Of a DNA stretch of 64,000 nucleotides, positions 37,464 to 49,365 are shown in pieces. The DNA is from Pelomyxa schiedti (taxonomy: Eukaryota > Protista > Evosea): NCBI GenBank assembly GCA_020536535.1, contig JAHLWZ010000867.1, forward strand, positions 4,004 to 68,003. Reading direction: 5' to 3'. The translations under genes were made by a program, and so were the position numbers. Position 1 is the first letter of the stretch. Each line of letters starts with the position of its first letter. A model generated the notes under the pieces. The model saw nothing but the letters and a program-made list of their open reading frames with translations, had not been told where the DNA came from and made no database searches.

Positions 37464-38720
37464 TTACAACAACAACGAGAAAATACTACGTGTCCAACTC
37501 ATATTCACATCAAACTGCAGAGTCAGAACTACCAACCCAGACGATTCCTCAGTCACAACGACTTGGTGTTTGGAGGGTACTGACTGGAAGAGCAGGCCCA
37601 TTTCAGCCGTAACGGTGTAGGCCGACGGAACTGTTTCACACACTCTAATTGGCCCCTCGGTGTCATTGCAGTCCCAGACCTCGTACTTTCCCGGCTCTCT
37701 TACTAGGCAGAACAGTGATTCGCTCAGCTGTGACAGTGGAATCTTGGCCTCCCCGCCACTCTTGCTCGCAATCCGCCTGACTGGGCCGCCGAAGCTTTCT
37801 GCAACACTGAGAATATGGCAGCCCAGGGAGCTCTGGTACGTGTAATAAAACGATTCCTCCACCTCCCATTCACTAGCATATATGATGAACTGCCGTTTGC
37901 CGGTCCGCTTCCGGACAACGATTACCCGAAGCACAGAAAACTTGGTGTCAAAGCTAGTTGTGCTCAGAACGCACAGCTTCCGCGTGGAATAGGACTCGGC
38001 CACGTCGATTGCCAGCACAGTGCACTCATCGCCTTGACGAGATACAACCAGAGCTTCGTCAGGGTTCGCCGGGTTACCGAAGCTACTGCTGTAAGCGTTG
38101 CCCGGGGGGTAGGGCACCCCAACGGTTACAGCTTCCAGCGGCGACGCGGATATCTGGCTGCTGTCACCTCCGGCACTACCACCACTGGAGCCACTGGGAT
38201 GGTACAGCAAGTCCACGATGAACAGTGTGCTGCCCAGGGCGTTACGGTGGTACAGGCACCACTTGTAGGAGGTCTCCTCGTCTGGCAGGACACGTGCGGG
38301 GCGGGGCCAGTGCCGAACGGACGTGGTAAGGCCCCCGAGCTGCGGCGACACCCCGAACCAAACGTCACAAAGCAAATCCGAGACGCAGAACACGCGGGAC
38401 TGCATCCAAGCGCACGCCGCGGCCCCGCGCCCCCCTGCTACCTCGGCCGTGAACGAGTGGGCAACCAGGCAGGAGGAGAGCCGCGGGCGCGGGGACGAGG
38501 GGCCCCCCTCCTCGCACGAGTAGGGGGAGGAGCACTGGGAAAGCCAGTCGCGGATGCATAGGAGGGCGGCGTGGGAGCAGCCCTGCAGGCGCAGGAGGGA
38601 GGAGCTTGGCGGCCCACAGCGCGGGTGGGTGATGGCGGCGAGAGCGAGGAGCTGCTCCCGAGCCACGAGGCCCAGTACAGCCCTGGGCCCCGTGGTGCTG
38701 CGTGGCGGGCCGCCGTCCAT
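37464..38720 (-). CDS. Intronless hypothetical protein (lineage-specific, beta-rich C-terminal part)
   Basis: Long ORF 37464-39104. The likely start is MDGGPPRSTT at 38720, where GC-rich coding composition begins. Motif AREQLLALAAITHPRCG; no recognised domain. Confidence 0.65.
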   Translation of the reverse strand: MDGGPPRSTTGPRAVLGLVAREQLLALAAITHPRCGPPSSSLLRLQGCSHAALLCIRDWLSQCSSPYSCEEGGPSSPRPRLSSCLVAHSFTAEVAGGRGAAACAWMQSRVFCVSDLLCDVWFGVSPQLGGLTTSVRHWPRPARVLPDEETSYKWCLYHRNALGSTLFIVDLLYHPSGSSGGSAGGDSSQISASPLEAVTVGVPYPPGNAYSSSFGNPANPDEALVVSRQGDECTVLAIDVAESYSTRKLCVLSTTSFDTKFSVLRVIVVRKRTGKRQFIIYASEWEVEESFYYTYQSSLGCHILSVAESFGGPVRRIASKSGGEAKIPLSQLSESLFCLVREPGKYEVWDCNDTEGPIRVCETVPSAYTVTAEMGLLFQSVPSKHQVVVTEESSGLVVLTLQFDVNMSWTRSIFSLLL

Positions 38721-39181
38721 GTGGGAGTCGGTGTGGAAAACTCCGGCTTGTGATTCTGGGGCGGAGATGTCATCCCATTCCGAGCAGGTTTTTGCCTCCT
38801 CACACCTGCACAAGTGCTCTGGTGCGAAGGAAAATTGAACTGCTGGTTTCTGTGGATTCCGTATGAACCTGAAAATGAAAGGAAAAAATAATAAAACCAA
38901 ACACCAACCAGCGAACAGATCAGATCCTCGGAAAGCAATCTCATCATGTATCGGGTGGTGTCGTCCCTCGGATCTCCGAGCGTGAGGGTGCTCTCTCTTG
39001 TATCCGAGGTGCGTAATTTCGGCACGTTGTCGTTCCAACCGTACTTTTTTTTTTTTTTCCTTCAGGACGACATTGGATTGAAGCGATATAACGAGCCTTT
39101 TCAAATGCAGTCTGGTAGGTCTTTTTTCTTTTTTTTTTTTTTGTTTTTTTTGTTTTGTTGATTTATGAAGAAACTTCCTCT

Positions 39182-42100
39182 ATGAGCACTGCCTCAAGAA
39201 GAGAAGCACTCCTGAGTCCTACAAATTCACCAGGACAGGGTCGCACATCAGGCACGGATACACCCAGTGAATGCTCTTCCCCTCTTGGCAATTCCCACAG
39301 GTCTTTTAAGTGCTCTGAGAGACCCACTGTCACACCACCTTCCACCCCTATTCGCAATTCTGAGGAAACATCCCCCCACCTTGATGGTGCTCCTTCATCA
39401 TGTTCAAACATGGATGATGACTTTATTCCACTGACACCAATAATAACCACAGAACCACCAGAAACCAGCAATTATAACACTACATATCGCACTCCACCAA
39501 TATCACCACTCACCCCATCTATACATCTTCCCACCTCCACTCCTGTCATACATCTTGCACCCTCCACTCCAGCTATAAATCTTGCACCCTCCACTCCAGT
39601 GGTAATTATCACCACTCCTCTTTTGAGCGCAAACTCCCCTGCACAAACCACTGCGCCTTCAGTGAGCATACCCCCAATTCCACTCATGCCAACTCCCCCA
39701 TTAACATTCCTTGGACCCTCTTTTACTCAAACCCATTGTGCGGAGAACACCACACCAGCTATAATGAATGATTTTTATACTATCACTCCACCATGCACCC
39801 CAACTAGGGCCACACCCCACCTGCAAGTACTACCCACAGCTGCTCAACCTTTCCCACCAACGCCATTGATTGGCTCGACCATCAATTCATCTACAAGTAG
39901 CACAAGCTGTATTCCTCCTCCCTTTGTTCCTTACACACCCCCCATTGACTCCAATGGAATTTATCTAGAAGTAGGGTTCACTGTGTTAGGGGGTTGCTCA
40001 CACTTTGTAGGCCAGATCTGCTGCCCAAATTGTGGGAGAATATGAATGTGGCACAAGTCATGGAAATTATGTAGAGACTCTATGCACAGAGGACATGAAC
40101 GCAGAGAATTCGGCTCTGAAAGAAGTCAATGCGCAACCCATATCTACAACTCCTCTTAGTAGCACCGTGAATCCCATTCTTGCCAAAAGGACTGCACAAG
40201 AGTCCTCTGTAATGCCAGAACAGGTAACCAACACAGCAATAACTGGCCAAAATAATTCTCGCCAGATTGAAAAAGCTAATGGGCATAACTGGAATGATAA
40301 GATGCAAGATTTATGTTTGAAACTCAAACAGCTTACGCCAAACACACATGCGCGTGTGTCAAATAAACATTTTTGGCTACTTGTTTACAAGTGTAGAGGA
40401 GAGATTACAAGTTTATAAGCAATTAGCTGACTTGGCACATGATTTTGTCCACACAGTCAAAAATTATGGTCGAATTATCATATCAGAGGTTGTTAACATT
40501 AGACTGAACAGATTTCTTTTCCAAGTAAAATAAACAAAAAAAAAGGTACATTTTCCAGTGCCACAAAAAACAATAAAGCCCACCAACGCGATTGGCGGAA
40601 TTGCAGGTGGGGACAAGTACCTTGTTCATCAAGTACAATTCCTTTTTCTACAATTTTACTCACAATCGTATAGATTCTCTTCAAATTTGCTGTGGATTCC
40701 AGGGGCATGTACGATGGGTAAGAAAATTACACTGCCATACCATGTTAATTCTTTTTTTTTTTTTTTTAATAACATCAGAGATGAAAATGCTGCCAAAGGT
40801 GGGAATTATCTCTGCTTCACTACAATACAACTTAGGAATATTTTTTTTACACATAGTTGCTGGTCATGAATTGCGGAGTCTTTCACATCTATTTTCTTGT
40901 TGGGAAAATGACATAGCCCTGCCACTCATGGCTACAATTGATTATCGAGGCTACAGGTATAATCTCCTGAGGGTAATAATATTTAACTGTATTTACAGGT
41001 TAATTGGCATCACACTTCTTCCCATAGGGAAAGAGACACTCATTTATGGCAGTGATAATGCAGGTCGTTCTGGTGTCAGATATGACCCGATAGTTGACAG
41101 AAAATTAACCAATGTATGTGCCTGTGATATTTTCCTTAATTTACAAATTCCAACAGATTGCTAAACAATTGAATCTCAAGCGGCATCGTGTGGGTGAGGG
41201 AGATAACTGGATTTACACACCAATTGATCTAGAGGCCCATCACGTTGACGGGAAGTATTACTTGGTTGACACAAGGTTTCATACACCCCAATAAAATGGT
41301 TTATAATACCCGTGAACAGTCGACTGTTCCCTCCCCAAGGAATCCCCAAGCAGCAGCATAATAGGTGCACCTACCTCTTTCGTCTTCTTCGCCCTGAATT
41401 TGTGAAAAAGTACTCAAGTATGTCCTACCTGAAGAATAGTGGTAATCTAATTGTGCTCTCAGAACCTCTTTGTAATGATGTCTATTCCCCATTTGTCTGT
41501 CCCAAACTTAAGACCTCTGATCGATGTAACGAAATCCGTCAAAATGAACAAGAGGTAACAGTGACCTTCTTCCAAGAAGTATGCTGAAAACAACATTAGA
41601 TTGAAGACGCTACACGATATTTGGAGACTGTTACCATCAACAGTTTTGTTGAAGATGTCCTGTTGAAAGTCCCAGTTGATAACAGGAACAGATTTCCTCT
41701 CATAGTGATGCTGCACCAGGTTTCTGGTTAGCTTTGAGCTTGGTACGTTAACCACGTATAGAACGGAATCAATGTAAGATTACTTGGGATAGTTTATTCT
41801 CGCGTGGTAATTTTTATCTTTTCTAATAAGTGAGGTTGAGCCGGCTCAACATAGGTTGCAGCTCGTGATAAAGATTGGGAAGCACGGTATTTCGGGTACT
41901 CCCTATATTGTACTTAATCTTCTGAAGGATTTTGATTGAGATGGTTGTGCGCGTTGTAAAATGTACCAGCTTCCAAAACTATCTTGTACAAGTGAGTTAA
42001 TTCTATGTAGGTGAAGTTAATTCTCTGTTGAGAAAAATAAGGATGCCTGGTTTTTCTCCCTTTTTCTCCCTTAAGGACTCCTCTCACAACACTAGGAGAG

Positions 42101-43374
42101 GGACCTTACAGGTCTGTGGTTGTTGACCATCTTAACCTGGTATTCGGCACATCACCCACAAGCACATCTCATTGGCAATATTCCATATTTCCGGCTCTCA
42201 AAGCAAAATTCACCACATTTGATGTTACTGGTCCAGATGCAAACCAATTTAGGCAGATGTTCTATCAGAGAACCCTTATTGCTGGAATGAAAGATGCCAG
42301 GTTCAAATTCGTTTTCATAAGTATTACTGACGTAACAATCTACTTATTTATGTAGATGCCTTCTTTTTGAGCATCTGACACACCAGCTTGGCCTGTATTG
42401 GGACCCCACAACCTGGAGAATAACACTGGAGAATCCTTCAGTGTTTGAATGCTACCTTCCTTTCACGGATACAGATCTCGCCGAATTTAGGGAAAGGTAC
42501 CTACATTTTTTATTATGTAAATTTTTTCTTCCTATACCGTAGAGTGAAGCAAATGAACATTGCTTCCCATGCAAGAGGTTTTGTTCTGAAGACCACGGGG
42601 TTGCAAGCCAAAACTTCTCAAGAGAGGAAAAGGCTCCTGAATTTGGCCATAGAACAGTTTTCCCAGGCAAGGGCGGCGATTCCTGATAACAAGGTAGGTA
42701 CTTTCTCAAAACTTACCATTATGTGGTTTAAACAGTCCTTGTTTAGGTTACTCTTAGAAATCTTGGGGATTGTCTCAGTGCCACTGGGCGTCATGAAGAA
42801 GCTTACGAGTGTTACCTAAGGGCATTCATGTTGATAGCAACGATACCGTGTCTCTTTTCAAGTTCGCACTGTCACTGGATTTGGCGGGTAGACTGGATGA
42901 TGCAGAAGAGCATTACTTACGTGCTCTGGAGGCGGATTTGGGCCACAGCAATTGCACGTATTGTTATGCCGACTTCCTGTGGACGCAAAGGCGGTGCGCA
43001 GATGAAGCCGAAAAAATGTATAAACTTGCTTTGGAGAATGACCCAGACAATGCATGTGCACTTAACAATTACGCTGTATTTTTAGCCGTTGTACGACGAG
43101 ATTACGCAAAAGCGGCCCAACATTTTTACAGGTTAATACAGTTCGATAACTCGTCCTTCTTAACTTTTTTCTTAACAGAGCCGTAACACTACACCCACAA
43201 CAACTGGTCTACACATCAAACTACACTGCCTTTTTGGCCCAAACTCATCACAAAATGCCAGAAGGTAATTCCCTTCCCAAACCCAACATGCGACTTAACA
43301 AATTAACAGAGCTGGCCACCTATCACCTCAAATCCAAGGAACTTCGGCAACGTTCTGCCCGGTACTACTCCTAG
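39182..43374 (+). CDS. Clu (clustered mitochondria)-domain protein with a Pro/Thr-rich N-terminus and C-terminal TPRs
   Basis: DFVHTVKNYGRIIISE; GGIAGGDKY...ILFKFAVD; AAKVAGHELRSL; PLMATIDYRGYRL...LLPIGKETLIYGS; DLEAH..DGKYYLVD.SRLFPP; LLRPEFV. TPRs: AEEHYLRALEAD, YKLALENDPDNACALNNYAVFL. Confidence 0.85.
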
Positions 43375-43647
43375 TATGAATGTTTCCTTGTCCGCTCCTA
43401 TCACCTCAGCCACGAGGCTGTGTAATGTTGCGAGGGAATAAAATCGTGGCTATTCCTCTTTAGTTTTGCAAGTTCAATAGCGTGTTGTTTAACACGGGTT
43501 TTGTCTCGCCCAAAGCAAGAAGTTTGTTTTCAATTGTTGTTCAATCCAACACGGGAATAGGTGTTGTGTGGAGAGAAATGGTGATGGTGAGTTACATTCA
43601 CAGAGGTGTTAGGGTGAGTGTATGACTGCTAGGGGTACAACGGGAGC

Positions 43648-44261
43648 TTATGCCCTCTCACCACGGATCCTCCTTGCCAACTGAATGTCCTTTGGCATGA
43701 TGGTCACACGCTTGGCGTCTGTAAAAATAAAGTTACAACCCAAAGAAGCTAGTAATAGAATGTGGCATACGGATAGCGCAAAGGTTAGTATCCTCGAAAA
43801 GACCGACAAGGTAGGCTTCAGCGGCTTCTTGAAGAGCGGCAATAGCAGAAGATTGGAAACGAAGATCAGTCTTGAAATCTTTGGAGACAAGTGGTTAGAC
43901 TGTGTTGATTACGTGCGGGTACCATGTACCTTGAGCAATTTCCCTGACCAACCTCTGGAATGGCAATTTGCGGATCAAAAGCTCAGTGCTCTTTTGGTAC
44001 TTGCGGATTTCACGAAGGGCTACGGTACCAGGGCGGAACCTGTGTGGCTTCTTCACTCCTCCTGCTGGTGCCTTCTTGTGGGCGTGCTTAGAGGCGATGT
44101 GCTTGCGGGGAGCTAAAAAGGCGCCATTAGTATCACTCGGAGGGAAAAAAAGAAAAAAAGAAAAGAAACGCCACACGAACGTTACATTTAAAAAAAGGGG
44201 GGAGGAACCGCAAACCTTTGCCACCAGTGGACTTTCGTGCCGTTTGCTTTGTTCGTGCCAT
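43648..44261 (-). CDS. H3: Histone H3 (three introns)
   Basis: [15 protein letters not shown]|[61 protein letters not shown]|DFKTDLRFQ...EDTNLCAIH|[22 protein letters not shown]. Confidence 0.98.
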
Positions 44262-45258
44262 TTATCGTTGTTGTCGCCTTTCCGGTGCTGGTTGTGTCGC
44301 TTGTGCTGTGGTTTTTTTTGTTTTTTTGTTTTAAATCTTGGAAAGTGCTGCGGTATAAAAAGCCTCAGTCCATTTTTTTTCCTTCCTTTTGGCATTTTTT
44401 TCTTCTTCATTCTTATACCTCCCTTGTGCCTTCTTTTTTCCCGCCCGGAGACGGTTGCAGGTGAATTTTTTTTTTCCCGACGTCACATTCCACACTTGCA
44501 CTCCGGAGGCAGAGCTATCGAACCTGCTTCGATTTCTATCCTGTTGCCTTTTCCGTCTTTTTGTGGATGTTTTATAATGAGAAACCGGCGGGATTGGGCA
44601 GATCAAATCGCTCCGTTACCAAGGACAATGTGTGATCGTGCTCAAATCCTCCGAATTTGGCACACCGTGGACAACCACAAGGTAATGCCCACCAAGCCGT
44701 TGAGATTGATAGATATTTTCCTGATGTTGCGGGGGGGGAAGTGCTGCCACGTTGAAAGTGACGGCGTTGGGGTTTGCCTACAAAAAGCGACTGTTGCGGA
44801 CGGATAAAAATGGGAAAAAAAGTACAAACACGCTCTACAAGATTGGAATCTTACACAGGGAGTGTCCATGTTATCTGTGTTGCTGTTCGCGCTGTTGGTC
44901 CACCCTAAAAAGACCAGAGATCAACCGGCTGTTCCTCAGAACACTTCCTAAGAATACATTTCCCTAGAATAACCCTTCATGATTTCTCAGCGATCATCGC
45001 GTAGCCTCGTGGGGGTACCAGTACCTCATCACCAAACAATTGGTTTCTTAGAACAACCGAAAACCATAGGCTGTTATTGTTTTGGCTTCAACCATTCGGC
45101 ACTTCACGACCAAACAAATTTCTTATTTCCTGCTCCAATGACTATTCCAGCAGCACGCCTCAGAAACCGCCCAAGAAAGTGATCAACAAGAACTGCCTAA
45201 AACGGACCCGAACACGAAAAGTACTTAAAGATGAGAATCAACAATAACCGGTAAACAA

Positions 45259-48200
45259 ATGGCCGACGAGGGGACACAGCGCGCCGATGGTGCCAAAGTT
45301 TCGTTGCGCGACAAAGTGCGACCGGCATTATGGGAGATAGCGAGGCGCTACGATGGGGACAACGACGACGTATTACAGCCTTATGAGATATACTGCTTGT
45401 TATTGGTATTTGGGGCTGTGGCCATTCTTTATCAAGAATTCATTTGCACAAGAAACCAATTTCTTATGAGTGTGTTCTCACATGTGTCAATGAAAGGCCT
45501 TTTTTGGAAGGAACTATGGCACAACAGCAGTTAGACCTGCAGTAGATATGTTTGGAACAGAGAGTCCACATTCAGCTGAATGGAGAACTCCAATAGACCA
45601 GGTTCATGTGGGTCACATGAAAGAGGTAAGTTCTTTCCCTTTTGCACCTTTTTTTTTATAGCTCAACTGCCTTCCACAGTTTCAAGGTGCCTCTGCCAAG
45701 GCTCTGACTATTAAGGGCGTGGCAGAGTTCTGTATTGACACGATACTGTCCCTGGATGGGTCCTTCTCTGCTACAGAAGTTGTTACCGGATTTGAGAGGT
45801 ATAGCGAAGCTGCCTAAGTATTCTTATGACTTAAAAGGCATGGGTATAACTGTCACGAGGGTAATTTTCTGCTGGAAAATACTTGCGCAAGACCAAAACC
45901 TCAAACGCACGATACACTGATACTGGGACTCAGCGATACTGATTATTCCCTTGATATGGATATTTGGAACTGGTATAGTCCTTAACCGTTTCGGCACTCA
46001 CATAGCGTGCAGCTGCCATGAATTTCACATTCGACCTGGACCTGCTGCTCTGGCTAAATTCGCCAGTCACAATTCATCTGAAAAGTAGGTTAGAAACATA
46101 CTATTTCACGTTTGAAAGTGGGATAGATTCTGCTCAACTGTGACAAAGTGGGATGACCTTGAGTTCAATTGGAAAGTTGACGCGAAAGTGGAGGCACTAT
46201 GAACCACAATTCGCCCTGAAGCTATAACAGCCGCATCCCAGACCCTTTTTACCTTTTATGATGGCAATGGAGATGGAGAGCTATGCCCAAACGAGTTACA
46301 ACTGATGGTATCTGACGATATCGCCAAAAACTAAGTTCTGTAGAAAATGACCAAGTGCCTTTCCGAATCAACACTTGCGGCCTTTGGGGAGAATTGGAGA
46401 CAGAACTCGAAGTGTGCCTTCAGATCTCTTTTGTGGCATGGATTCAGTGAGACGCTGGAACCACCCAAAGGTCCTTCTGAAATTTCCCGTGCAGTTCCTT
46501 CCAACCACTCAAATAGACCTCGCTGCGGGAAGCTTGGCAACGTGCAATTTACTTGCCAAGTTCATATTGGACATCATTGAACAAAGGCACAACACTGGTG
46601 TCTTACGAGAGCTCGAAATGCTCAAAGACCTAGTGAATTACGTGCTTGGAAGTTGGTCACCAGAAAACTCGCCCTTTTTCACAGTTGCCACTACAACAGT
46701 GGAAGGGATTGCAAATATTTTCAATCTTCCAGAGCTCGTGCAAGTCATGAGACTATTGCACGATGAAGTTGTTGTGCCTGACGGGCAGACAGCACTGCAA
46801 CTCCTTGGCCTTGCACATTCTTGGGAGGTACTTTCAGTCTTTTCAGTTTCAAATCACATATTTGTCCAGGTATCACATTTCCTGGAGCCTAAACCAGGGT
46901 TCCTTTTTTCGAAAATCCACACTGCTGTCAAGAACTTTGTGAAATCCAACACATCTGAATTTTTGCTGCAGCTTCAGAGCCCCGCCATGTCTGAGGTGCT
47001 TAAAAAAACGCATGTACAGCAGCACTTCGACTATTGCACTGGAAGGATAAGTGGAGGCTCCCCATCTACCATTAGAAACTCAATCATGAAGATGGATCCC
47101 AGTTCAAATGAGTGGAGTGGTAGTACCTTTATTGCAGTGATAAGGGAAGTCTAATAATATTAAATCCAGATAGTGTCTGGTCACTACTCCCTCCCTCCAA
47201 CTTGATTCAACTCCTTGTTAGCAATAACGCAACCAATCTTTCTTCCATGCTAGAACTTGTGGGGGATGTGGACACTTTTTTGAAGGAATCAGTCACACAG
47301 GGACGCCTACGGGCATCAGTATGTAGTCTATCTCCAGCTTTCTCTAAATTTCATAGAATAGGTGGCAGACTGGAACTGGTCCCAAGTAAAGGCGAAGCCA
47401 TTCCCTGAAATTCTCAGCACCGAGTTGCTCGCAACCTCCACGATTCCTGCGATAACCGAATATCTCTTGAAGTACCTCGGTTTCTCAAATGAGACAGAGT
47501 TATGCACACACTTCTGGAGACATAAAATGATAACAGAGGTACTGGGTCTCATTCTCGATTCGTTTTCAAGCATAACCTCCGTCTCAGGCGCAAAATATTG
47601 GCGCGGTAATCAAAGGCAGCTTTGATATCCTGCAGGAACGTCATGTATCAAAGAACTTGGTGGCAGCAAGGCTGATGTCATTATTTCTAGCACAAAAATC
47701 AACCGGGTGTAACTACAGAGGTGAACAAGTTCCAGAGTCCGAACACCCAGACCTGATCCAAAAGGCTGTGGATCGAGCCTCATCAATCTGTGGAGTGGAA
47801 CCATCTTCAGTCATGTGGTGGAATTCAACACAACAACCGGCTATGGCACCTTTCAAGGTACCGAATTCAAATTTAGGTGGAGAAAATAATTGACATTCAC
47901 AGGTTTCACTGTGCTTTACAATGGGTCATCACGGTGATGTTTTTCACCCAGAGTGAGTTTCTTCTTTTTTCCCACAAACAAATACAACAACAAAAAAAAA
48001 AACATATGACCGTTTTCAGGAATGGAATGTCATCGTATTACCTGAAATCTGATTATGTTGGTGGCTCCGCGGACTGTATTGTTGTAAACACACTAATTGC
48101 TCCAGCACAAGTGCAATCCTGGACTCCTGAAGAGATGTCAAAGCTGTTGGTCGAGCGCCTAAATAAGCCGCGTGCTGGAGACTGGGAATCTCTTCCTGGT

Positions 48201-48263
48201 GGGTATTTTACAAATAATCGCCGAGCACTCATAATGGTCAAAAGGTGTTGTGTATTGCAGTGA
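45259..48263 (+). CDS. Multi-exon hypothetical protein with two isolated EF-hand-like motifs and a C-terminal CaaX-like motif
   Basis: YDGDNDDVLQPYE and FYDGNGDGELCPNE; ends RCCVLQ*. Exon chaining is only partly resolved and this could be more than one gene. Confidence 0.5.
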
Positions 48264-48466
48264 CATGGCACCCTATCTGATCCGAGTTGGGTGTTTGTTT
48301 GAAGGACAGGGAATGCGTTATGCCATTGATACCCTTAAACTCCTCCAAGTGCTGTCATTCTGCTGAAACAACCACAGTGGCACAACAATGCTTCTTTTTG
48401 TTGAAAATTTCCAACAAAAACTGGAAGCTCCTTTTTTTTTACAATACAAATTTAAGATGTTGGTTT

Positions 48467-49188
48467 CTAGTGTCCTTGCAATTGTGTTTCCCACTGAGCC
48501 AATTGCCGTAAGAGCCCGCGATTGGGGGAAATAATTGGTCTCTGTTCTTTGACATACTTTATTGCCTCATCAACAGTCTTGGGGCACTTTTGCAGGTTGG
48601 TGTTACCAGTTTCAGTAGATGTTGCACTTGAGGTTGATGATGCCAATGGCGATGCAGCTGCCTTGCAGTGTGTTCCTTCGTCACAATCTCGGTGCATGTG
48701 CATTATGTAGGCAATAGTTACAGTGGCCGAGCGAGAAACTCCAGCACCACTGAAGTGGGTGTTATTGAAACGAAGAACCACGATGTACCAAATAATCGGA
48801 GAGGAGAAAGATACCAGTGAACTAGAATCACACCGCCGTGTGATCTGGCCTCATCAATGAACCTGCATGCAGCAGGCAGTTGGCTGAGAATATCAGCTGC
48901 AGGGCTATCAAGTGCCTTCACGTGATGATACTTTATCCTCTACTACAGTGTGAGTGGGTGGATAACAACTACAACAGAAACAAAAAATTAAAAGGGTCTT
49001 GAGGAGAACAAAAACCAAACGCCACAAAGCACGACCACCCAAAAACGCACGTCTGAGAATGGAGCGAAGAAATCGTCCAACACAGTGACAATGTGAGTAA
49101 CACCAAGTGCCTCGAGTGCTTTGGATGAAACAGCACATCCTGTGTCCCCCAAATACAACCACCCACTCTCAATCTCTGATGCCGTCAT
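48467..49188 (-). CDS. Dual-specificity protein phosphatase
   Basis: WLYLGD; LGVTHIVTV; the catalytic motif VILVHC|GAGVSRSATVTIAYIM is restored across an intron; RPIISPNRG. Confidence 0.92.
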
Positions 49189-49365
49189 TCAGCTCTAACT
49201 CTTTTCTATTGACTATTCACAAAGGAACACGCCGTTTTTACGTTGTGTTGGTGGTCGTCTCTCACTTTTCGTGAACTGCCTCGTTCAGATGAACACAAAG
49301 GCCCGAATTAGCCCTCCAACTTATCCGTTCTCTGAACCATCACTCTCTTATTGTTGTTTTCGTTT

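Noticed and set aside
37815-39025. Long Arg/Gly/Pro-rich overlapping ORFs here, at 36392-37051 and at 61513-62863
   Set aside because: Shadow frames of GC-rich coding exons that lack stops by composition.
44490-44570. ttgcactccgg (like U1 snRNA loop II) and a B-box-like ggttcga on the minus strand
   Set aside because: No ACTTACCTG 5' end, no correctly spaced Sm site and no tRNA cloverleaf.
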